Shown here in pieces: positions 27,267-38,929 of a stretch of 64,000 nucleotides of DNA. Numbering within the stretch: the first letter of the stretch is position 1; the number at the start of each line of letters is the position of its first letter. The notes beneath the pieces are model-generated. The model was not told the origin of the DNA. It saw nothing but the letters and a program-made list of their open reading frames with translations, and did no database searches. Source of the stretch: Nemertoderma westbladi (taxonomy: Eukaryota; Animalia; Xenacoelomorpha). The position numbers and the translations under genes were made by a program. The stretch spans positions 151,976 to 215,975 of the forward strand of contig JAUCBJ010006962.1 of assembly GCA_032718475.1 (NCBI GenBank), written 5' to 3'.

Positions 27267-28196
27267 AACTTGTTTTTCAATTTTTGAGTGTTTGGCAAAC
27301 AGCGACAGTGGCCTCTTTAACTTCTTTTTGAGATTCTTTGGAATAAGGGGGACCCACGCAACCGCACAGTACATATATTGTGGTACAATGTAAGTTTCAA
27401 AGATAAATATTTTTGTATCTATTTGCAAACCGGATGAAAAAACTGAATTGGCGAACTATGTAATTTACCCTTTTTATAAGTTTAAATATATGAGTTTTCC
27501 ATGATAGATTATTTGCAATCCATATTCCAAGATGTTTCACTTCGGACGGACGCGGAACCTCGTCACCATCTATGTAGATTATTTCTTCTGCGATATCTAG
27601 AACTTTCTGTTCTTTAAAGTTCATTGGAATGAAACATAGTTCTTCAGATTTCTTTGCGTTTATCTTTAAGTTTTTTCCATGTGATAGCTCAACAATTCGC
27701 TGGATGTTAGACTTATATTTGTCATTTTCTGCGGAATGCCTTATCGCCTGTAGATTTCTTGAGTCATCAGAATATTTTGCTAGGGATCCATCGTCAGCTC
27801 GAATTTCATCAGTGTCTTTGGTAAACAAAGGTCCACTAAGAGGACCCCCTTGGGGAAAACCAACTTTCAGTGAAATAGAGGAAGATATGTTTTTTCCAGA
27901 TTTAACCGATTGAGAGATCGGCTCCGATCCAGCTGGCCAACCAACGCATCTCTATTGGTAATTCGTCTAAAAGTCTGTTTAAAAACTTGTCTTGTAACAC
28001 TGTGTTAAAAGCAGATGAGTAGTCTATGAATAAACATTTTACAATTGTGTGTCTTTTATCTAACGCTTTTGTAATCTGATGAAGGAGGTATAAGATCGCA
28101 TCAGCTGTCTAATAACCTTTTTTGTATGCAAATTGAAAAATATCATCAGTCGATTTACTTGCATTACGAAATATATCTAGAGCCCATCTGTCTAAA

Positions 28197-29460
28197 CACG
28201 AAGTGGGGCCTTCGCGCAGCACGTGAAATGAGTTAATGCTAAGTATCAACTCGAAAGGATTATAAAAACATAGGAGAAGATTTTCCCGGAAAACGTTAAC
28301 CCTCTAGCGGGAGACTGGGTAACTGAAGAAGGAAGGATTAGTTTCCCTACAAAGCCACAGCCTATGGTCTATTACATATCTACCAAGTTTCCGATTGACG
28401 GATCATAAATAACGAAATGTTGGAAGGTTTTCACTTTCATACATTTAGCCCTCTAGCGGCATATTAAAGAACTACGGATCGATCACCTTCCTCACAAAGA
28501 CGAGGCATGTGGTCTAGTACATACCGGTACTGTATATTCCAAAATTCAGCTTAAATAGATTAAGATCAAGGAATTCGCGAAGGTTATCACTTTCCTACAT
28601 TTCGCCCTCTAGCGGCAGACTCGAAAACTCCGGACCGATTACTGTCCACACAAAGACTTAGGATGTCTTCTAGTACATATATGACAAGTTTCAGCGTAAT
28701 CAGATCATAAACAACTAAATGGAAGAATAATTTCACATTCGGGACATTTCGCCCTCTAGCGGCAGACTGGAGAACTGCAGACAGATTAGCCTCCTTTGAA
28801 ATTTACAGCTAATGGTCTAGTACATACTTCCCAAGTTTCAGCTTAAACGGATTAAAAGCAAAGAAATGGGTGGCCATTTAATGTTTAGACATGTGGCCCT
28901 CTACCGGCAGACTGGAAAACTTCGGACCGATTACAATCCACACAAAGACTCAGGATGTCATCTAGTACATATATGACAAGTTTCAGCGTAATCAGATCAT
29001 AAACAACTAAATGGAAGAATAATTTCACATTCGGGACATTTCGCCCTCTAGCGGCAGACTGGAGAACTGCAGACAGATTAGCCTCCTTTGAAATTTACAG
29101 CTAATGGTCTAGTACATACTTCCCAAGTTTCAGCTTAAACGGATTAAAAGCAAAGAAATGGGTGGCCATTTAATGTTTAGACATGTGGCCCTCTAGCGGG
29201 AGACCATTGCACTGATGGTGTCTGAAAGTCTCTCAAAAATCTCAACTTTTGCTCATATTGATACCTACAAATTTTCAACTTGGCAGCTTTAAATCCGACA
29301 AAGTTATTAGCATGTCAAAATCGTAACGACGACGACAACGACGACGACGACGACGACGACAACGACGACGACGACGACGACGACAACTATTTGCATAAAT
29401 TGACCCACCCCCTAACAGTGTCAATTCGCTAAGGCTCCGCCAACTTCGTGGCTCGCCCCA
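28197..29460. mobile_element. Helentron-associated (HINE-like) element inserted in the LINE duplicate
   Basis: Interrupts TCTAAA|CACCTAG. Subterminal IR CACGAAGT/ACTTCGTG, ~120 bp internal tandem units (CCCTCTAGCGGCAGACT), (ACG)n microsatellite, terminal hairpin. Confidence 0.75.
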
Positions 29461-31145
29461 CACCTAGAACTCAAAGGAGTAACACATACTGGTCTGAAGC
29501 TGGTTTTTTCAGAAAATGATGAATCACATCTTTTAGGTAAGGCAGATGTCAAAGACGAATTCCAACATTGCGGGTATTTTTGTTGATGGAAACTATCTCT
29601 GTATAGTGAAGCATAAGGTATAGAAAGTTCTTTTGCAAAGGTTTTATAGCAAATTGCAGAAACAATGCTACTACCTTGGTCTGTATTCGGTTTCAATTTA
29701 CGTATTAATTTCTCAACCACAATCGGATCAACATGAATATCATTATCATAGGTGGTACCATTATATATAGGCTCATCCTTATTCACATCCTCGTTAAATC
29801 TAGTGAAGAAATTATTAAGACTCTCGACTTCATTTTCATCAAATTTATGAACTTGTTGTTTTTTCCTTATACAGTTATCAGATAGTTTGTACAGTTGAGT
29901 TTTTGGCATATTGGTAAATTCCATTTGCCGTTTATCAAAGATCAGTTTGTTGATTTTTCTCTGGCACTCATTTCTCTTAACATTATCCTTACATGCTATA
30001 GCTTTCTTTTTCTCAGCTAGAATGCCTTTAACACCAGGAATAGGTTGACGTATGTGAAAGTTATGTACTTTCATCTTAGTTAGAGGTACGTGTTGATCAA
30101 AGATATACTTATATAGCTCTCTGTAGCTTCCACACTTTTATCTAGACTAGTGGTGTCTTGGAAAACATTCCAATTTGTTTCATCAAAAATTAGTTTTACT
30201 TCAGCAATTTTTTCCTCGCTGAAAACACGAGCCTTTTTGTAGCTAGGTTTAGGTTTATATGCATTGCTGCAGTCAATTTTTGGTTGAAGAAAGATAGACT
30301 TATGATCATCCACTCTACCAATAGGAGCTGATGTGGAGCAATGATATGGGTAGGCATCAGTGACATAGGCCACATCTAATTGTGATTCACCCCATTCAAT
30401 TTAATTGTGATTGATGGTGTTATCACCGGTTGTCATGGAAATGGTAAAACAACAAACATGCTGTAGTATTCTAATAACTCGATATAAATTCATCGCATCT
30501 TTTGAAAAAGATAGCTACTGGTCTAACAATTCTAAATGTGACATAAAATTCTGGAATATAATTATTGTTACCATGGGAACGCTGCTAAATAAAAACTGAC
30601 AATGTTTTAGAAAAATAGCTACCATTCTAGAACAATAGAATTATTTTAAAAACAAATTGCCACATTTTATTGAATATTAGTTTTGGAAAATTTTGGTATA
30701 CTATACTGAGAGCTAAACCTGTTTTGTTATAACGGTGATATATGGTTCCAAAGATATACCCAAGTTTGAAATATTTTTATTTTTCATCAATTTAATCTCA
30801 TTCCACTCTGTTTCAAAATAATCGCTTTATATAACAATATTTATGCCAATAAAATACAATCAAGATGTGACTACAAATCACTTTAAAACGACAAGTGACA
30901 TCTAAATGGCATTTCAAATAATACTCCTTCACAGGTTACCATGACTACCACTACAGATGCAATTGAAGATGACTCACATATGACACAAACAAATGACTTG
31001 ACACCTACCACAAAAGAGAGGTTAGTTCTTTTAGTATATTCACTTCAATTTATATATTTATCATAATTTTTCCTAGATGATTTCTGCAAAGATGATATCT
31101 TCGATAATGACATTTTTGAATACTAAATCCTCTTTATTCTTTGGG

Positions 31146-32003
31146 GGGGCGTATTCCCAAAACTTACACTAGTAGGAAAAAAATCATGTAAGGATTGGAG
31201 ATAGAGGTCGAACTAGTGTAAGAGTTTTATACTCAGTTTGCAGGTACAGTAGACCCAAAGTACGTGTTCCAAACGCTGTAAGGAACGGAGAAATTGGGTG
31301 AAATCATGTAAGGGTTATTACACCAACAGTATTAGATGAGTAGACTTAACATTTGATATTATTCTAGGCAGTAGAACATTGGGTTATGGTTTATACAGGG
31401 CTGCATGAGCTGCCCCCACACATAAGGACCACACTGCGCACAATATTGTGCTTTGGCAGCACCATAGAGAAAATAAGCATGATGGACAGCCCATGACTTT
31501 CTTAAGATGCCTCCTAAAGGACACTGGCTTTGAAGATGCAGCTAATCTCGCGAAAGTCATGGGGGATAGGGAATTGTGGCGGTGCAACTTTGTTGGTTGA
31601 TAAGCCGGTATAGAATTCTTAATGTACGCTGCATTTGGCTTGCCGATTGCGGATTGCATGGTTGTGGCAAAATACATTTGCCAAGCTGGCATAGCATCTC
31701 GATGTGCAGTTTCAATGCAACAGGCCGATTTTAGTACTGTACAGCAGTAATTGCTTATGAATAGTCTGTCTGCTATTCGTGTGCATCGAACTGCACTAGC
31801 GCGCCATCTAGACATCTAGAGGTTTTAAGAGTTTATTTTATTTGGAGCCTTTGGAGCACTTTATAAAAACCTTACACTAGTTCGACCCCTCTTTCCATTC
31901 CTTACATGATTTCAACGTCCAATCAAATAATAACTCATTAACCAATCCCAGGTGTTAATGCAAGATGTGTTCCTAGTAGTGTAAGGATTGGGAATACGCG
32001 CCC
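31146..32003. mobile_element. MITE-like element with TIRs GGGCGTATTCCCAA...TTGGGAATACGCGCCC
   Basis: 31146-31230 is mirrored at 31865-32003. Confidence 0.55.
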
Positions 32004-32770
32004 GGTTTATTTTGTAATTAGTCCGTATCTTTGAGTGAGGTTTGTTTGGAACACCGAGATTTCGTGACTTTTCCTAAAATTTAATGGGTTATCCAACAGC
32101 GCAAACGCCATTTACATGGCCATGTTAGTTTTCGTGCTGTGCTCCCTTTATGGCACCCATCTCCAGTACTTTCCTATTAAGATTTTCAATAGTTTTCATA
32201 ATTCACTAAAATTAATTTATTTGCGATATATAGCGGTTTTTTTGGATGCTGAAAGCGATTATAGAACTGCAACATTACATTCGTGAAATTTTTTGGTAAT
32301 TTTTAAAGTGTAACCTGGGGTACGAATAAAACAAGTACTGCAAATGTTAGTCAAAAATCACGTCAAGAGCTTCAGTTCATTCAAATTTCGCCTCCTTCCT
32401 GTTGGTACATGACTTTAATTTGCACAACTCAATGCAATGATGTTGATGTTTGTTTTGAAGGCAGATACAGAGTGAGTACAAAACAAAGACTCAACATCCA
32501 ATTATAAAGACCTGCATAATCATCTAACATGTGTTAACTTTCGTTTATTGTTTTGGTTCCCCCAAAACGCCTCAGTAACGTGTTCCTTTACTAACCTGCT
32601 CCTTTAAATAGCAATGGGACTTATTGCTCTTATGGACCTAGCGCGACTTCACCTCTTTGTTTTGTACAGAACAGGCAGTAAAGTCTTGGATCTTTGTTTT
32701 GTACTCAACTGGCAGATACATGTTGGTGGTTTACAATTGCAATACAGCAGAGATAGAGAGTGAGGATAGA

Positions 32771-33237
32771 TTATGGAGCTGGTAGAATATGCATCCAATC
32801 AGGTATTACCATATCCTCCTCATCTAACAGCCATCTTATGGGAGAAGATACATTGATGATGGGTACTACTAGGCTTATATACGATTGGTAGTTGGTTCTG
32901 GCTGGATAGGTGTCTATCTTTAAACAATATTTACAAAGTGGCAGCAAGGTTGACTCGATTTCTCCATGTTTTGAACAGAAAAGACGATACCGAAGCTCGT
33001 TCACGTCATTAACTTCTGACATTCATGTAAAGCAATAAGTATTATGCATAAGTCAGGTCCAAGATTAGCTGATATAGTGTTTATGTTATAATGCGTTATT
33101 CTACTTAGAGATCCACACTTTTGATAAACCTGGCATTTCAGGACATCGTTTTCAGCCCTTGTAATGTATTTGAGAGGCATTGATTTGTGTCCATTTATTG
33201 CCGGCACCCTCATTATCATATCGAATATGAATGTCAC
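32771..33237 (-). pseudogene. Degenerate fragment of the same CXC-associated transposon gene family
   Basis: LGPDLCIILIALH...VNELRYRLFC...LLPLC...ARTNYQS...W...DWM..LPAP corresponds to the region preceding the CXC cluster at 11458. Confidence 0.5.
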
Positions 33238-35568
33238 ATACTTGATCTAGTCTTTGACGTTTGCTATTGGATACACCACCCCCCCCCCCCCCCCCCCCCA
33301 CCACCCCTTTCAGTGAAACCTGCCTCTGCACTGATGTCTATATTATTCTTAACCTTCCAACATATGTTAATCATTCATCATTGGCGAACATTGGCAACTA
33401 TCAGAATCGTATCTAGAGAGATGGGGAGGATAATGATAATACCTGATTGGCCTACAAAATAAACTTCATTGCATTGAGTTGTAAAAATTCAAGTAATGCA
33501 CCAAATGGAAGCATGAGGAATTGGAATGAACTGATGCAATGATGAATAATGATGAATCAGATGATGAAGATGATTTCTAATACAGCAATAATTGTATCAC
33601 ATACATTACCTCCTCGACTAAGAATACTCGATTTGTTCGGATGACATCATCGCATACCAATTAAGAATACGTACATACATAATTATGTATTTATTATTAA
33701 TTAAAGATAATTTAGTGTACAAAAATGTTATTATCGATTGTGCGCAGTATGGTCCTTATGTGTGGGGGCAGCTCATGCAGCCCTGTATAAACCATATCCC
33801 AATGTTCTACTGCCTAGAATAATATCAAATGTTAAGTCTACTCATCTAATACTGTTTGTGTAATAACCCTTACATGATTTCACCCAATTTCTCCATTCCT
33901 TACAGCGTTTGGAACACGTACTTTGGGTCTACTGTACCTGCAAACTGAGTATAAAACTCTTACACTAGTTCGACCTCTATCTCCATTCCTTACATGATTT
34001 TTTTCCTACTAGTGTAAGTTTTGGGAATACGCCCCCCCAAAGAATAAAGAGGATTTAGTATTCAAAAATGTCATTATCGAAGGTATCATCTTTGCATAAA
34101 TCATCTAGGAAAAATTATGATAAATATATAAATTGAAGTGAATATACTAAAAGAACTAACCTCTCTTTTGTGGTAGGTGTCACGTCATTTGTTTTTGTCA
34201 TATCTGAGTCATCTTCAATTGCATCTGTAGTGGTAGTCATGGTAACCTGTGAAGGAGTGTTGTCTAAAATGCCATTTAGATGTCACTTGTCATTTTAAAG
34301 TGATTTGTAGTCACATCTTGATTGTATTTTATTGGCATAAATATTGTTATATAAAGTCATTATTTTGAAACAGAGTGGAATGAGATTAAATTGATGAAAA
34401 ATAAAAATATTTCAAACATGGGTATATCTTTGGAACCATATATCACCGTTATAACAAAACAGGTTTAGCTCTCAGTATAACAAAATTTTCCAAAACTAAT
34501 AATCAATAAAATGTGGTAATTTGTTTTTAAAATAATGGTTTTGTTCTAGAATAGTAGCTATTTTTGTAAAACATGTCAGTTTTTATTTAGCAGCGTTCCC
34601 ATGGTAACAATAGTTATATTCCAGAATTTTATGTCACATTTAGAATTGTTAGACCAGTAGCTATCTTTTTCAAAAGATGCGATGAATTTATATCGAGTTA
34701 TTAGAATACTACAGCATGATTGTTTTTTTACCATTTCCATGACAACCGGTGATAACACCAAGTCAGCTACCGATTCAGATTTGTTATCATATCAAAATGA
34801 ATGGCCAGAAGCTTGGTCTTCCCAAAACTATAAGTTCCGGGTGGTTACCAAAAAGTATCCCCTATGCTGGCTGGCCCATGGACTAAATGACATTTTCATG
34901 TCAATGAAAAAAAATTCCATATCAGAAACTATGAGTATATCAATTTTCTATAGAACAAGTCCCATTTAAATGCAGAGACCTGGAAACTCAGTAGCTATTC
35001 CATGAAGAAAACACTAAATGTGATGCCTAACTCATTGATAAATCATAGGCCTAACTAATGATCAATAACGAATAATCATCATTAGTTATGAATTCCAAAC
35101 CCCATTCTCCATATCGAAATGGTCACCCAAGATAAAGTACTGTAGTACCCAGCTCAAAATGTGATATATTATAAATATTATTATATATATCGTACGTTGG
35201 AACATAGGAACATACTATACTGTAAAGTAGAATCCACTCTAATCTACTTTGCTAAGGTACTTTATGCACTTTATCTGTACTATACCTTACGGTATCGATT
35301 TATGAATACGGGTATAATAAAATAAGACGCACAATACAGTAGAAAGGAGCTAAACTGGAAATAACAAATATCTTAGAAACATCACCTAAATGTTATAATC
35401 GCTGAAATTTGTTGTCTTTAATAAATATGTTAGCACTCAAACGTGTCAGGTTAGGAAATAAATATCAGCCCAATTTAGATTCTTTACCTTGTCTAACGTT
35501 ACAGAAAGGCCACGCTAATAAAATAAACATAATTTAACAAACTTTGGTGCATATTTTGTAACTCATGG

Positions 35569-37835
35569 TGTTACGGTATATGGCGCTGTATCCACATTGT
35601 TCGCCGTTGTACTGTATACACGACATTGGTTATTATGCAGTACACATTATTAGCCATTATACAGTATAATATATTAGTCCGTTATACTGTACGCAATATT
35701 AGTCCGTCATGCAGTATAATTATTTAGATAAGACATAATAGCGCAGTGACATTTAGATAAGGAAATTGAAACGCCCATATATTTTGAACTCATCCGTTTT
35801 GTTATAGTATGTAGCCCTACCTAGGTAATTTTGTAATATGATATAAGTAGATAGTTCCAGGGTAGCAAGTTCAGTTGGACCCTGGATTTCGGGCTTGCTG
35901 TTATTAGCCTTGATGGGCTAGCTATCACGGGTTTGATTTCTTTATAATCGCGCTAAATTAACTTTTGTGCATCATGTTATTAGTGCCACTAAATTAAGCA
36001 TCGGCAAAATTACCTTATATGGTGACGTTTTGTGGGTTTGGGGAGCAATAGGGCTACAATCCGGCTTTCTTATTGGACTAACTGCTTCCAGGTTGGTCTA
36101 ATGCTAGCGCGGATTGGAGAGCCAATGAGAGAGCGATTGCATCACCCTTCTCGGATCACCTATAAATTGGCGGTTTGCCGGTAGAGCGGTATCTATCTGT
36201 ATATATTCCCCACACAGCAACAACAGCAGCAACTCACTCAGACATATTTAGTGCCATTAAGTTTAGGAGTATAATTTGTGTGTATTTTCTGCATTTCTAC
36301 CTTTTGATTAATTTTCTTGAAATGATTCGTTAGTGCTACTATTCTCACTTGTGTTTCTCAATCAATCCCAACGATTACTGCTAATTACAATCGGAACTAT
36401 GATTTCTACCTCTTTTGTTAATGGTTCTATGTAATTGTTTTCGACGCAATAATCCTACGGGATTTTCTGAAACTGTCAGACTTGTGATTTGCATGCGCCG
36501 CTACGGTAGCTACTCATTCTGATGGAGGGCTAAGGTGCCGGTAGGCGGTGGGCGCATCGGGGGGTTAGCGACGAAGGGAGTGCGGAGGATTCAAGGGCGA
36601 GCAACGTTGGCGGGGAGTCACCGTTGCGGTCGGGCAACTTGTGCTGTAGCGTAGAGACCGCTCGCTGGTACGGTAATTAGGGGGCTGATGATCCAGGTTT
36701 TGTCTCTATTTTAGCATTAGGGGGGCAGGAATTGGGTTAGTTAGGAAGCCTAGATGTACCCGGGAGAGGCCTGTACGTACTACAGTGTGGAGAGTGAATT
36801 GCACAACTGTGGACTACACAGTAGTGAACTGCATAATTGCGAGCTATGATTGCTGACGCTGATTGGTGTGTTACTGAAGTGTGCCTAAGATTACGAATGC
36901 TTAGATAGGCGCCCTTTTTCTCTTTGATTGATTTCTATTTCTTAGTTTACAACAAATAATTACTGATTAGGTCAAAGTAATACGGTATTTTAGGCTATTA
37001 CTAGTGAAACCTGGTGTGTAATAAATTAGAATTGCGCATTCTGGAACTCTTAGTAATTAGTACGCTGTTACATATTTGTGACTGTAATTAGTTAGTGAAA
37101 TTAAGAATTAGTACGCAGCATAGCGGAGAGTAGCTAAGGTAATAATTAGGATACCGTAAACTATTCACGCTGAGCGGTTATTTGCATTAGCGGGCAATAA
37201 GCTAGATCGCATTATTCAGTACTCAAAACACTAGTAATTTGCTGGCCTAAAGCCAGCTACAGGCAAATTTAGACCCAGAGCGGTATTACGCACGTAAAGA
37301 CATTGTACTGTACCAATTTTGATTATTTTAAATATTCTCGCATTCACACATTCCGTTAGGGAACCCCCAGTATTCGCGATTAGAAAGAACTTAGGCATTA
37401 TCGTATTACAGTAGTAGAATTAGGCGTAAGAATATACTCTGAGTGCAAAGCCTCTCGCACTCGTCTTAAGTAAGCTTAGGGAGCCGACTCGGGTTTATTG
37501 TTTTGGTTATTCCCGCGTGGCTCATAGATTCGAACAGTTAGCTCTCTGTCGAGCGATCGGTAGAGAAAGGAACAAGCGTTTTTGCAGGAGCCGTGTAAAT
37601 TTAGTAAAATATATTAGCGGACGGCAGATTAGCGCCATCCAACGGTAAGTAGCGGTTTTGTATTTAGCAGCCCTACATTTAGTAATATCACGCTCCTGAT
37701 CACCTTTATTTAACAGTAGAGCAGTCTTGGTGCCTTATTGGTTAGGCGGGAACTCATTAGGTTGGCAGAGAAGTATACGGGTATTTGTCTGTTCAACAGT
37801 TCTGCTGTTAGTATAGGGGTCGCGCTAGTTTAACA
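35569..37835 (+). repeat. 5' LTR of element B (~2.27 kb)
   Basis: TGTTACGG...TTTAACA. Repeated at 52259-52963 and in LTR A. Confidence 0.95.
36111..36166 (+). promoter_or_regulatory. Candidate LTR promoter (ATTGG/CCAAT boxes and TATAAA)
   Basis: GGATTGG at 36111, GCCAATG at 36121, TATAAA at 36161-36166. Confidence 0.5.
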
Positions 37836-37845
37836 GTAGTACGTA
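37836..37845 (+). promoter_or_regulatory. Non-tRNA primer-binding position of B, complementary to LTR 36774-36783
   Basis: GTAGTACGTA versus TACGTACTAC. Confidence 0.65.
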
Positions 37846-38929
37846 GTTATTGTCTGCTGTAGGCCTACCGCGTACAGTAGGACACTGAGTATATTCTTAG
37901 GCTGTTAGTTTAGATTACTGTATTCACTGGTCGCGTACAATAGTACAGTAGTACATTAGGCTGATTGCTGTTACTGCGTACGGTAGAAGGGACATTTGTT
38001 TTGCCGTACCACACACAGTATCATTAGGCTGTTAGGTTGGTGTACTGTTTACTTACTGTACTGCATACGGTGGATGTACGGTAGTGCGTTTTTACTAATT
38101 GCGAATACAGCAGTTCCTTAGGCCTTAGGGCGAATTGTAATTAGTAAGTTTTTTGAAATTTTTAGCTAGGTTTGCGAGAATTCAGTTTCGGTCAAAATTA
38201 TTTGTAAAATCTAGAGTTTTGTACCGGTATGTTAGGTAACCGCTTAGTTATTTTATACCATCTGGAGATACATGGCAAGACGGAACTTCTGAGTTTGGGG
38301 TTCGTGTGGGTCTGCGGGTTCGGTTTGCAATCAGCGAAGGGACTGAAACTTTGGACACGGACGTGGAATCTCACAGCAAACAAGGTTGGTTGTTCTGTTG
38401 GTACCATTGTGTTTGTGGAAGCAGTAAAAAATTACCGGTTGTTTAACTGCGAAACTGAACTCAATTTATTAGTTAGGTTAGTTAGGTTTAGCCGGCCATG
38501 GTTTTTTGAATCGCTCAAGTTAGAGAGAGAGTTAGAGAGAGTCGCAACCCGAAGATGTAGCCACGCGCTAGTGGATACATATAATATTTGAAATTAAAAT
38601 TGCATTGATTAGAGCTATATATGCAAAATTGGAATTATTTGGGTGGCAAATTCATTCTGAATATTTTGTATTAGATTCAGAAATTATTTTGTGTCATACC
38701 GGTATTTAATTGCTATAATAGCTATATAATAATATTTTGTTTAAATATTGTGCTAGTATTTGCTATAACTATACCTTATTAAATTCACAATATTGCATTG
38801 CGAATTTATTTTGACATTTTGGACCAACTAATTATTAGACAAATAATTTGACCGAATTTCGGTTAAATTATAATTATATCTCGAAATTTTGCGAGATATT
38901 TTGCCGGAAGGCAAAACATTATTTAGACT

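Larger units (their letters stand above)
25347..30414 (-). mobile_element. 5'-truncated LINE (Rex1/Babar- or CR1-group-like) with internal ~1.53 kb tandem duplication
   Basis: TSD TGGTGT at 25341-25346 and 30415-30420; the empty site is visible in the other IR arm at ~34756-34761. Contains an APE C-terminal remnant (DHKSI, 30080-30373) and RT. Confidence 0.88.
25215..34886. repeat. Large inverted repeat / foldback structure with ~1.15 kb arms (25215-25346 + 30421-31444 versus 33737-34886)
   Basis: Reverse-complement identity (matching ORFs 30411-30599 + and 34576-34761 -). Termini TTAGTCCATGGGCC...GGCCCATGGACTAA. Confidence 0.85.

Noticed and set aside
28300-29200. Regularly spaced repeats resembling a CRISPR array
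   Set aside because: Whole units are repeated with no unique spacers, the context is a eukaryotic transposon, and there are no cas genes.
36685-36760. CTGATGA in the LTR as a hammerhead ribozyme core
   Set aside because: No properly placed GAAA and stem II/III closing a cleavage triplet were found.
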